From NCBI GenBank assembly GCA_032718475.1, contig JAUCBJ010000675.1:1-64000 (forward strand): a stretch of 64,000 nucleotides of DNA, read 5' to 3'. A model generated the notes under the pieces. The model was not told the origin of the DNA. It saw nothing but the letters and a program-made list of their open reading frames with translations, and ran no database searches. Shown piece after piece: positions 24,632-36,355 of this stretch. This DNA comes from Nemertoderma westbladi. Taxonomy: Eukaryota; Animalia; Xenacoelomorpha. Position 1 is the first letter of the stretch; the number at the start of each line of letters is the position of its first letter. A program made the translations under genes and the position numbers.

Positions 24632-24734
24632 CTTGTTACTATCCGTCTCGTGTATTAAATACTCGGCTTCAGCCTTCGACCGATTATAGCCCTCCGGTAA
24701 TATCCAGGCCTGAAGTTCGACAATGTCCAAATAT
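24632..24734 (-). CDS. CALU: Calumenin coding exon 5: (G)YLDIVELQAWILPEGYNRSKAEAEYLIHETDSNK
   Basis: Acceptor TTTGATGCAG, donor GTAAGT; phase 2 in, phase 0 out; matches CREC WILP...AEA..L..E.D.NK. Confidence 0.92.
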
Positions 24735-25424
24735 CTGCATCAAAAAATCATTACAATTCAGTCTAAAAAATCTAAAATCTAAAAATGCATTTGTACTCAG
24801 TAACTACAAGTTTGCGATTTGATTTTTAAAATATCCGAATGTCGGCGAGTTGTTACATAATGGAAAGACTTCTAGAACATAATAATTCACATAATTGAAT
24901 AATTTGGTTTTGGTCATTAATAATATTTAAAATGTTATTTGAATTAATAAATTATAAATAAATTAGAGTTGAGCTGTTAATGCAACTGTAATTAATGATG
25001 TTATATAATGGTTTTGTTCCGAAATGGAAAAAATGAAAAAGCATGTTAAAATAACGTGCCACTGTAACCTGCTCCTTTCCCTAAATGGAGAATTTAACAT
25101 TGATGCTGGATATTAATTCGCCAAGATGGGATTTGCGTCCAGTTCCCCCCCCCCCCCCCCCCCCCCCACCCACTGTCTCGACTTACGATGGTAGATTTCG
25201 GCCAAATTAATTATATTAAGAAATCAAGTTTTCAGATGATTTGGACAATTACTGTAATTAGGCCACTACAGCAGCCCTGCCTCCCAGCCGGAAAAATCGA
25301 TGAAAAAAAGGACAAAAAAGGATCGGATACGGTTAAAAAAAGGGAAAAATAAATTTTTATTTAATATTTATATAATATTTATTTAAATTTTTATAAACTT
25401 TTATATTTTTCTCTAAATTTTTAC

Positions 25425-25693
25425 TCTCAATAATTTTACTCTCGATATTTTTACTCTCGATATTTTTTACTCTCGATATTTTTCAACACTCGATATTTTT
25501 ACTCTCGATATTTTTCAACACTCGATATTTTTACTCTCATATTTTTTACTCTCGATATTTTTCAACACTCGTTATTTTCGATATTTTTCATCTCGCGTTA
25601 TTTTTACTCTCGATATTTTTACTCTCGTTATTTTTACTCTCGATATTTTTCAAGTCTTGATATTTTTCAAAACTCGATATTTTTCACCATTAC
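25425..25693 (-). mobile_element. Single arm of the same foldback family as the TOE1 insertion
   Basis: Reverse complement begins GTAATGGTGAAAAATATCGAG, identical to 18727; same repeat units. Confidence 0.85.
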
Positions 25694-26069
25694 GAGATGC
25701 AATAAAACTCATGAAATTGACTAATAAAAGAAAAAACATATGGAGGTGTAGCAGTTATTACTTTCCTTAGTTTTATTACAATCGACTGAATGGAATATGA
25801 AAACTACAGTAAGCTAAATCAACTCATACCCAGCGCACCACACAGACGCACTGTTTTCTGTTCACTAACAATAATACAAATTTACGATTATTAAGGTCAC
25901 AGATGTAGGTATTGAATGAATACCAGCGCTACATTTTATATTTTATAATGTACTCGCTGCACAATGAAATAATTTCATTCATCTAGTGTAATACAATATT
26001 ATATTTACCGATACGCAACTCTTAGCTATCCGCTAAGGAAGATCTTATCTTTAGTTTAAACATATTGAA

Positions 26070-27640
26070 GTTGATAATAGTTCACCACTACCACTACCAC
26101 TACCACTGCCACTGCCACTAGTTCCTGATAATAGTTCACCACTATCACTGCCACTGCCACTAGTTCCTGATAATAGTTCACCACTATCACTGTCACTGGT
26201 TCCTGATAATAGTTCACCAGTCGTGCGAACGACCTAACTAACGCAATATTGTACACTAGACACACTAGTCATTAACTAGTCACAATATTGTACAATACTC
26301 TAAATAGTAGGACCTATCTCACCTCCCCCCGAAACCTGAGATTTCGACTACAGCTGTTCGATACAATAGTGAGATATAATCAATCAAATATAATCAAATA
26401 TAATCAGCTTATCAAACAGCGCTGACCGTAGATAATACAGCTATTTACTGAATAAGTTAAAGTAAAATTAATATGTTAAAGATATTATAATTTGCTACAA
26501 TATGTCGGTTGTATTGTCGGCCTAAGTTAAAGTACGTCGATATTAACAGAGCGCGTTCAGCCATTGATAATAATATTTTCAACCAATAATGCCATCAACA
26601 AGTGCTGTAGATTGAATTGAAAATCGCGCTAAAAAGGTTGTACTTTTATTACCAGTATTATTTAGCCAATCAAAGTAAAGTAAGTAAGACGTTCGCACGA
26701 GTTAGTATGTCGTTCGCACGCGTTAGTTAAGTCGTTCGCACGAGTTACTAAGTCGTTCGCACGCGTTAGTTAAGTCGTTGGCACGACTTAGTATGTCGTT
26801 CGCACGACTTAGTCAGTCGTTCACCAGTATCACTGTCACTGGTTCCTGATAATAGTTCACCAGTATCACCGTCACTGGTTCCTGATAATAGTTCACCAGT
26901 ATCACTGACACTGGTTCCTCATAATAGTTCACCAGTAGGCTATCACTGTCACTGGTTCTGTGATGATAATAGTTTACCAGTATCACTGACACTGGTTCCT
27001 GATAATAGTTCACCAGTATCACTGTCACTGGTTCCTGATAATAGTTCACCAGTAGGCTATCACTGTCACTGGTTCTGTGATGATAATAGTTCACCAGTAT
27101 CACTGACACTGGTTCCTGATAACAGTTCACCAGTATCACTGTCACTGGTTCCTGATAATAGTTCACCAGTAAGCTATCACTGTCACTGGTTCTGTGATGA
27201 TAATAGTTTACCAGTATCACTGACACTGGTTCCTGATAATAGTTCACCAGTATCACTGTCACTGGTTCCTGATAATAGTTCACCAGTAGGCTATCACTGT
27301 CACTGGTTCTGTGATGATAATAGTTCACCAGTATCACTGACACTGGTTCCTGATAACAGTTCACCAGTATCACTGTCACTGGTTCCTGATTATAGTTCAC
27401 CAATATCACTGTCACTGGTTCCTGATAATGGTTCACCAGTAGGCTATCACTGTCACTGGTTCTGTGATGATAATAGTTCACCAGTATCACTGACACTGGT
27501 TACTGATAATAGTTCACCAGTATCACTGTCACTGGTTCCTGATAATAGTTCACCAGTATCACTGTCACTGGTTCCTGATAATAGTTTACCAGTATCACTG
27601 TCACTGGTTCCTGATAATAGTTCACCAGTATCACTGTCAC
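26070..27640. repeat. 36-bp minisatellite (TCACCAGTATCACTGTCACTGGTTCCTGATAATAGT) with 117-bp higher-order structure, interrupted by a MITE
   Basis: Units are visible at 26070-26220 and 26819-27640; a 45-bp variant recurs every 117 bp. Confidence 0.92.
26220..26818. mobile_element. MITE with GTCGTGCGAACGAC inverted ends and 21/22-bp subterminal repeats
   Basis: Left GTCGTGCGAACGAC; right tandem GTCGTTCGCACG; direct repeat GTTCACCA(G) on both sides (candidate TSD, though it is also part of the host repeat unit). Confidence 0.65.
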
Positions 27641-27899
27641 TTGAGTTAACCTACTGTCCCAGTCCCGAAGCATTAAGCACTAAGATAAATAATTTTAATA
27701 ATTTATTAAATAATTTATTTATTATTAAATAATTATTTTTTATTAAATAATTATTTTTTATTAAATAATTTATTAATTATTAAGAAACACCCTACAATAT
27801 TTACGAATATATAGGATATTATAAATTCTCAGCTTTCAAAATTTATATAATTCACAGGAAACAAGAATCACCTTTACAGTTCAACAACAATCAAGCAAA

Positions 27900-27966
27900 A
27901 TGATATTTATTCTAGGCCTACTACTGTGTTGTACACCAGAGGTGTTTGGAGAGGTGACATCAAGAG
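27900..27966 (+). CDS. Secreted 2xFN2 protein, exon 1 (signal peptide MIFILGLLLCCTPEVFGEVTSR)
   Basis: AAAATG start, hydrophobic signal peptide, donor AG|GTAAGC in phase 1, compatible with the acceptor at 28737. Confidence 0.8.
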
Positions 27967-28737
27967 GTAAGCACGTTATGAAAAACTATACCGGTAACAG
28001 CTATGATCAGGAATATAAATAGTATCCATCCCATTCCAACATCTTAATCTTCCTTACTTACCACATACATACAACCACGTACGACTTACTTAACAGACGC
28101 ACCTTTCTTTCAAATTTTTTTCTATTTAATCCAGTACAGATTTTTATCAAAATACCAAAATTGAAAAAAAATAACAAGGTGTTTCAGTTAGCCTCTTAGT
28201 CAGTATGAATTTATTTGAATTTATTGAATTTATTTATTTCCCATAGACCAATATTTCAATTAATTATACACAAATGTACAACCACAAACAAATAATGTGA
28301 ACGAGAGCCGCAGTACACGAGCAAATAGCAACGCTAGTGCTGCCCGATGTACTACAGTGTGCCTAGGGTTAGTGGGGGGTTCCATTACTACTCGAGTGTA
28401 AAAGTAATAAATGTAATTAGGACATTAATGAAGTACTAATTAATATAGTTTATATTATGTTTCCGCCTGCGGTGCGGTAATTAGTATGTTTTCAAAACAA
28501 TAGAAAGCATACTATGTCTAATATAATACAATTCCGGCAGTTTATTTAGTTTTGCAATTATTCATCTGCTATATCATTTTGAAGAAAAAACAGTTCTTTT
28601 TTGAAAATTTATTTTGAAAAATAGCGCTATTTTCCAATACCCTGCGTAATGCGTAATCCCTGGCTTAACGGCCGCAGAAAATGTACAATGTACATTAGTT
28701 TATTTTAATATATGTTAAATATTTATAATATATTTAG

Positions 28738-29111
28738 GTATGACTGGTTGTCTAACTGGTATGACGAATTCTGGTGAAGATCCAAATAGATATTGCCAGT
28801 TCCCATTTAACTACAAAGGCGGTCTTTACCACTCATGCACTACGGTGAATAATTTCGGTGTACCTTGGTGCGCTACCGTGATCCCATATATACATGGATC
28901 GGGTAATTGGGGCAACTGTGAATACATTCCATGCGGTTGTCTAACTGGTAGAACGAATTCCGGGGAAAAATGCCAGTTCCCATTTAACTACAAAGGCGGT
29001 TTTTACGACTCATGCACTACGGTGAATAATTTCGGTGTACCTTGGTGCGCTACCATGATCCCATATACACATGAATCGGGTAATTGGGGCAACTGTGAAA
29101 ACCTCTGCTAA
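28738..29111 (+). CDS. Secreted 2xFN2 protein, exon 2: two tandem fibronectin type II domains
   Basis: Two copies of C-x-FPF-x-Y-x-G-x-x-Y-x-x-CT...PWCAT...WGNC; acceptor TATTTAG; in frame with exon 1 (146 aa total). Confidence 0.9.
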
Positions 29112-29399
29112 CTAGTCTGGCACTAATTCTGTGTAAACCTCGGATAAAACTCCTCAAGTTATAATCCTCGCAATACTTAATTAATATATGGTACCGATTA
29201 GGCGGGCCCACTTTAGTTTCTTACTCACTTGGTGATAAACTGTGATGTGATGGTTGCTTCGAACATCTTTATTATTATATGGTAATATTTGTGTATATCG
29301 GTACTACTGTATGAATGCTTTGAGATGTATTATCTTGATAATGAGAATATATATTTTATCTAAAAGCTCCACTTTCTCTCACCTAAATTTATGAAACAT

Positions 29400-29640
29400 A
29401 ATGAAAGAAACTAAATCATTCGCTTACTATAATCGAGTGCAGAAATTGTCATTATGTATTAGTGCTTTTGTTGATAAGTGAAAAAAATTAGGTTGCACGT
29501 CACCGGGGGTTGAACCAGCGCTACTTATACGCGTTTCATCCTAATCAGTACCGGTAGCGCTAACCAGTTCAGCCAATCTTATTTTATCCACTTATTTTGA
29601 GTCTTATGTTGCATACCCTATCACTACTAACTAACATAAA
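29400..29640 (-). mobile_element. tRNA-derived SINE (or tRNA-like pseudogene)
   Basis: Minus strand carries Pol III A box TGGCTGAACTGGTTAGCGC and B box GGTTCAACCCC about 45 nt apart; no clean cloverleaf. Confidence 0.55.
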
Positions 29641-29672
29641 GGATAAAGCCATATTTTTCGGCGATAACTAAC

Positions 29673-29833
29673 CCGTCCCCATTAAAGTCCCGAGTTTCTT
29701 TAAAGTATTCGGCTTCGCCTTTAAGCCATTCAGGTTCATCGCCTCCCTGGATATCATCCGGGTAGATCTCCCCGAGGTACTCCTTAAACGAAACCTTCCC
29801 ATCCGAATCCTTGTCCAGGTCCTTCAGTGTCTC
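29673..29833 (-). CDS. CALU: Calumenin coding exon 4: ETLKDLDKDSDGKVSFKEYLGEIYPDDIQGGDEPEWLKGEAEYFKETRDFNGDG
   Basis: Acceptor CTTACAG, donor GTTAGT; EF-hand DKDSDGKVSFKE and CREC EPEW motif. Confidence 0.93.
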
Positions 29834-29899
29834 CTGTAAGGGGTTTTATTTGTTAACAAAAACAACAACTATAAGTGTTTAATAGTATTCATTTACTAA

Positions 29900-30300
29900 C
29901 CCTAATGTATGTATCTAAGTGTTACCCTAAACATCAGCTGGAGACAACACATGATAAACGCCGAGCTCTATGGTACTATACCACCTGTATCAACCACCCT
30001 CCATGAACGCAGATTAAGATTTAGTGGGCACTGCTGGAATGCTGGAGAAGTAAAGTCGAGGTCATACCAGATCTACGTTGCTGTCAACGAACAAAAGGAT
30101 AGCGTAGCTGTGGACGACCGGCTATAACATATACAGACCAAATTGAAAGGGATACTGGATTTGTGTTAACAAATCGTTAACAAGTTAACAAATTAATAAG
30201 TCGTTAACAAAATGTTAACAACTATGGAGAATCGGGAAGCCTGGAAGGTTCTGATTTCCACTGTCCGAGCTCGCTCAACCTAGTAGTAGTAGTACAGTAG
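29900..30300 (+). mobile_element. Old RTE-like LINE 3' fragment with (TAG)n tail
   Basis: LNISWRQHMINAELYG...RRLRFSGHCW; ends CC(TAG)n. Confidence 0.7.
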
Positions 30301-31762
30301 TATCTCGATGGTTCTTTCTGTGTGATTCGGGAATCTTATTAATTAATATTAAATATTTACCTTCTTAGATAGCATTGTAGTAATGACTAATGCTCAGGCA
30401 GGCAACACCAACACCTACTGTATACAGTTCAACATTTTAATTTATAAGGTTAATTTATAGAATATTCATTTGTATTTCCGTTTAAACTCTTATATTCATT
30501 TATATAACTAGAAAGCCAGCAAGCTGGCTGGAAGGAGCCCGGGGGAAGAATCCTAGCTAAGACTATTACAAATGAACTATGTCAGTCAGCAGTAAGTAAA
30601 CTAAACAATTGTCTAAACTGTAAGGCGTGAGGCTAGCTGACTTTGTGGCTCGTCCCACATAATAAAAAATGAAACTTTGCTACCACTAACAAAAATATAA
30701 TATGAAGCAAATAATTTCATTATCAAGCACGTTTACAAGATATAAGATTACCGAATATTTATAAAAAATACCCATGATGCACAACCAAATAAAAAACAAC
30801 TGTAATACATTAGAAACACACAGCTTATGTGTGAGTAAACATTGCCTTTCCTTATAGCCTCCAAGTAAAATTTGGCAACCAACACGTTTTACTATGACTG
30901 TGTATATCTCTGACATACAGTATTAAGCCTTATTTCATCGTGAACACCAGCTGTTATTTTCCCATTGCTTTTAATTTCGCGACAAAATAATGTCAAAAAA
31001 CGAAATATATCGAATACCACACATAGAATCGATCTGATATTTTGTAACGCGATTATGAACATACGACCAAAGCAATGTACTTGCAAAATTTCATCAAAAT
31101 CGCCAGGCAGGAAGCGCCTGAACCTGGATAATTATCAGTCAGTCAGTGTTATATAACCAGAGATTTTTTACAGTAAGTATCCTGCTGTCGAGTGGGCTCC
31201 TAATTATATTCTATATATTCAATTATTTATCTACAAGGGCCTGTGTCTTCATGATTATTAAAATTATTCTCGATCATGAAACATTAGATAATACAGTAGC
31301 ATATACATACTGTATAAATGCGAAACGGGAAAAATAAATAAGGATGGGTGAGATGACATGACGATAGTATATATTGAGATATGCCTACATCACAATTGTG
31401 AAAAAAGGTATATTATCTGAAAATCTATCTCGGCGAATTAATATATCGTCTCAATGTTATATTATCAATTAAGGGAAAGGAACAGGTTACAGTAGCACGT
31501 TATTCTAACCAAAACAATAAACTAAATCAATTGAACAAGTTACAGTTCTATTTTTGGGAGAAAAAGGAACAATTTAAAGTATATAGCCTTGTCTGTCTAC
31601 CCACTGCAAATTAATGTCATTCACATTTATATTACCTGAAGGCACCGTTTATTCCTAATGGAATAAAAAAATTCGATATTTACATTTCAGCGGATTTATA
31701 TTAGTGCTAAGTCTCAATTCAAAATCTACACTGAATATCTGGGAAGCATGTTGGATACTAAC

Positions 31763-31941
31763 CATAACGACCGCTTGTAGCATGTGATGAATACCCTCCG
31801 GATGTAGGAAATAACCGAATTCTTTAATCGTCAATTCATCATCCTCATCGACATCTGCTAATTTCCATCTTTGTCTATCTCTGTCAACCATATCCTTGTA
31901 ACCCTTGGAGCCGTCATCTTCTTCTGAACTAGTCTCTGTGT
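31763..31941 (-). CDS. CALU: Calumenin coding exon 3: (D)TETSSEEDDGSKGYKDMVDRDRQRWKLADVDEDDELTIKEFGYFLHPEGIHHMLQAVVM
   Basis: Acceptor ATTTAG, donor GTTAGT; RD.RRW..AD...EF..FLHPE CREC signature. Confidence 0.94.
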
Positions 31942-32378
31942 CTAAATTATTCTTATTTTAGTGAAAATGTTTTAAATCAATTATTGTAAGTTGTTTTTCT
32001 ACTTTTAATAATGCCAAATCTGGCATCCTAGAAATAACCAAAGACTTACACGTAGAAAGCATTGGAATTATCTAGAGACCTTTTACTAGACATGTAAGCG
32101 GCATGTATGATTTAAACTAGGCCTACTGGCAGAGTCTATGAAAACTGCATAAAAGTATACTACTCCTTATAGAGAGACGTAGCTGATAATACCACCATAT
32201 ATACAGTAATATCATATTATTATAATAGATAATACCATATAGCAGATAATACCAACAGTAAATATTTTTTGGATGTCCAAACTTTATAGGACATCATCAA
32301 TCAATATACAGTAGTTGCGTGATATTTAGTAGCCCCAATGGTTATCCTCTCCAGGGTTGTGCGCCATAATAGACTCAC

Positions 32379-32571
32379 CAACTATTGACCCGTAGGTTCG
32401 ATTAAAGTATTCATCCCAAGACAGTTTATCATCCCCGTTAAGGTTCGTAGTCCGGAACTGCTGCTTAGCGTCCTTCTCAACATAATCTACGTTTACTTTC
32501 TCTATCCATAACTCCAACTCGACTTGGTCAACAAATCCTCTCCATTGCTGTCTATTTTACCAGCTAGTATT
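32379..32571 (-). CDS. CALU: Calumenin coding exon 2 (EF-hands 1-2), with an apparent 1-nt deletion at ~32539
   Basis: Acceptor TTATTAG, donor GTGAGT; ILAGKIDSNG[D]GFVDQVELELWIEKVNVDYVEKDAKQQFRTTNLNGDDKLSWDEYFNRTYGSIV needs one extra base. Confidence 0.9.
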
Positions 32572-33454
32572 CTAATAAAAATAGAAAATAAAAGTTAAAT
32601 AAAATAAAGAAAGATTAAGTCTTTTATTATAGAAAATTATTAAAAACTAAAAGGAACTTCTACAGGAACTACGACTACCTAAGCAGGAGCTTTCTTTCCT
32701 TTCTTTCCAACCTTGATCATGACTTTTTAGCACGGGGTTTTTCACATACCGACTACTCGGATGGCCTACTTTGTGGTAGACCATAATAGTAGGGACGTTA
32801 AGCACCATATTTTGGAGGAATTGTGCATTTTGTGATAAAAGCACCAAAACTTACCGATAGATAGTCCATATAAGGGCGAGTGTTTTAAGATAGGGAACCA
32901 CCTCTGAATATCATTGGTACCCTGTTACCATGCCAACAAAGACTACTTATCATAGTAATGGGTGATTGGTTGAATGAAATTTCCCCAATATTGGTCAAGT
33001 TACACTTTGTTATATAGCGAATTACTTAAAAGTTTAGGTGACCGAATATTCAAATGAGGACCATAACAACGGGCAAATATTTACTTAGCAACTGATTTTT
33101 TTTTTTTCAAAATATAACTTTTTTCTGCCCAAATATATCTCCTAAATTGACCAATAAGTAACCATCCACGGGAGTACTGTACAAAGTTAATGTTAGTAAA
33201 CTCTACTAATAATTGGGAATCTTGTTGCCATGGATAGGAGACAAAGTTCAACAAAATTACAACTTATTTAATAGTCTATATAAGCAAAAAATCGCAAAGA
33301 TTCAACTTGGAATTGTATTTATTAATAAACGCTATACCTTTCGTTAAATCAATAAGATGTGAACTTATTTCATACTTATAATTCCACCTTTGATATACCC
33401 GACGGCTAAACTTTGTCTCAAATATCTAAATTTTAGCTATGATCAAATATTTAA

Positions 33455-34102
33455 GGCCCCCCTCACACGGAGCAACTTGTTTCTGAAACTTGTTGCTGGA
33501 CCCCCTCACACACAGAAACTTGTTGCTGGACCCCCTCACACACAGAAACTTGTTGCTGCAACTTGTTTCCGAAACTTGTTTCTGTGTGTGAGGACTCCAG
33601 CAACAAGTTTCCGCAACTTGTTTCTGTGTGTGAGGGGGTCCAGCAACAAGTTGCTGCAACTTGTTTCCGAAACTTACTGTATTTCTGTGTGAGGGGGTCC
33701 AGCAACAAGTTGCTGGAAGTTATATTCCCAGCAACTTGTTAAAAAACCTTTTTTTCATCCAATTTTTAGATTAGAGCTAATATTCGATAAATTGAGTGAT
33801 TTGATATTATATATAAATGACTGGACATGTCAGCTATTTGTTTTGAAATAATTGTTATTTTCTTGAGCAACAAGTTTCTGTGTGTGAGGGGGTCCAGCAA
33901 CAAGTTGCTGAAACAAGTTTCGGAAACAAGTTGCAGAAACAAGTTGCAGCAACAAGTTTCTGTGTGTGAGGGGGTCCAGCAACAAGTTTCAGAAACAAGT
34001 TGCAGAAACAAGTTGCAGCAACTTGTTTCTGTGTGTGAGGGGGTCCAGCAACAAGTTTCAGAAACAAGTTTCAGAAACAAGTTGATCCGTGTGAGGGGGG
34101 CC
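33455..34102. mobile_element. PIF/Harbinger-like foldback MITE nested in the Academ element
   Basis: TIR GGCCCCCCTCACACGGA ... TCCGTGTGAGGGGGGCC; internal GCAACTTGTT/AACAAGTTGC repeats in both orientations; flanks TAA/TAC. Confidence 0.75.
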
Positions 34103-34792
34103 TACGTTGTCCCCATATGTTGTCAACATAACGGCCAGTTCTAGAACATTGTTTATAGCTGTTTTGTCGGGGAATAGCTACCGTGCCAATTATACAGTAA
34201 TATTAGATTCTTGGCAGAGGAGGGAAACTTGATGCAAGTCCCATCATGCCGAATTAATGTATTATCTCATATCCGCGAAGCATCAATGTTAATTATTAAT
34301 TAATGGAAAAGAGCAGGCTACATTAGCCCATTATACTAACCAAAGAAATAAACTTAAGTTAATAGCATATGATGCTATTATTATGATGTCATTAGTATTG
34401 CCCGGGTACCAAACTTTGTATTTTTTTTGTATGTGTTTTATGTATTGAATTGTTCTTCATTAGTGTTTTTGAAATATTCTATGTGAAGTTAGCTATTGTT
34501 AGGTAAAAAAATGTTCTAGATCAAATATTTTTTGTTCTAGAAAAATTTTTTAAAGTTGACTAATTTTATTAGAAATTATTTGTTATGTGTAATACATTGT
34601 TCAATTACCTATAAACATTAATACTGTAGCAACCAATTTTCAGGCTAGCATAGCGATTTTGCAAGATAGCTATTATTTTTTGAAAAATAATTTTTTTTCA
34701 AATATATACTTCCCTTTACTATTTCTACTCCAACTACAACTTTATTTCATCAATTTATTTCAGAAATTATGTTATTTTTTTTAACATAATTT

Positions 34793-36355
34793 ATGGATAG
34801 CAGTGGCCAGTTGGTGGTTTTGGACAGTCGAGTTATTGTTGACAAGGCAGTTCTTGACACTGTCCAAAATGTCGAAAAAGTTGGTATTAAACAATACAAT
34901 GATTACTTTAACGAAAGATTGATAGATGGATCTCTGTCAGTACGTGATCCAATCACTAGAACTCATTACCATTACTAAATACACCGATTTCAAAGATTCA
35001 AAGGTGCAAGTTATGTCATTAAAAATCTCGAGGTTGTATATAGCTTGTCAAGTGAGAGATGGTTGCCTTGATGATTTTTTTTAAGTTTGAAAACCAGCCT
35101 TTTCCTCCAAGTTTATCACAGGATGGATTGATGAGAAGTGGAACAAAATCGGATATTGTTCCCTGTTTAGAAAACAAGTTACAAGGTTCACCTGTTACTC
35201 AAGTACCAGTAATGGATTCGTTAATCATTGATGGTGCTGTTATAGTTAACATCATTAAACCCAAGAACTCACGCACATTTGATGACTACGTAGATAACGA
35301 GTTCATTCCGTACATACATTCAGGCTACAAAATGTGGAAAGACTTGATGTTGTTTGGGATGCATGCAGAGGTGACAGTTTAAAGCGGATTTGTAGAGAGA
35401 AGAGATGATTGGGTACAAGGAGACGTGTTGAAGGAAGAACTGTTCTACCCCAGAATTGGCAAACATTCCTGAGAGTTAATGGAAACAAAGTGGAACTTTT
35501 TGATTTTCTAAGTAAAGAAATTCAGGAAATATCAACAAATAAAATTTTGATATCTACAAGTGGACCAAATGTCCTAGTTAACAATCATAACCAGGATACA
35601 AGTAATATCGAACCTTGTTCTCATAAGGAAGCTGATACCGGGATACCCGGATATTAGTGAATGTGAGAGATACAGTTGATAGTGGGTTTGCAAGGGTGGG
35701 AATACGAACTGTGGATAGCGACATTGTTGTTCTTGCAGTGTCAGTTTTTCACCGACTATCAACAATTTCAACTCTGTGGGTTTTATTCGGAACAGGGAAA
35801 CACTTTATTACCTTCCGATACATGAGATTGTTGCGTCGATGTCGCCGGAGTGGTGCATAAGGATGAAATTCATATACGTGTTTAGTGGGTGTGATACAGT
35901 AGAATAATTTGATTCAAAAGGGAAGAAAACATTCTGGAACATATTTGAAACATATTATTCGAATCATATTATTAACACAAAAGACCGAAGTCAACAAAGT
36001 CCGTCGATATTTATTTGCTCATAAAGGTCGCTCTATAACCATCATTCCTCCAACAAAAGCAGCGCTGATACAACAGATCCTAAGGGCAGCTTACAAACCA
36101 GGACATATATGGAATGTTGACAATGTTTTAGCAAAGCAACCCGAAGTGCCATCGCCTGAAGGTTGGGGATGGAAGTTGGAAAATGGGTGTCAATGGACCC
36201 CAGTATGGTCTACTTTACCACCAGCTTCTGTCGCTTGTAGACAATTGTTGAGGTGTGGGTGCAAGAAACAGTGCAATCAAAATACGTGTACTTCTAAGAA
36301 GAACTGTCTTACATGCACTGAACTGTGCTTCTGTTCTGGAGCTTGTGCACTGTAG
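34793..36355 (+). pseudogene. Academ protein C-terminal half (XPG-like nuclease plus CXC), frameshifted
   Basis: FFKFENQPFPPSLSQDGLMRSGTKSD, PQNWQTFLRVNGNKVELFDFL, IPPTKAALIQQILRAAY, PSPEGWGW, CGCKKQCNQNTCTSKKNCLTCTELCFC. Confidence 0.8.

Noticed and set aside
26690-27640. CRISPR-like array (36-bp partly palindromic units)
   Set aside because: Units are contiguous with no unique spacers, there are no cas genes, and the context is eukaryotic; it is a minisatellite.
29490-29580. Functional tRNA gene
   Set aside because: A and B boxes are present, but no convincing acceptor or anticodon stems; treated as SINE-like.
33390-34144. Cys-rich short ORFs (ETCCWTPSH repeats)
   Set aside because: Internal repeats of the Harbinger-like MITE.
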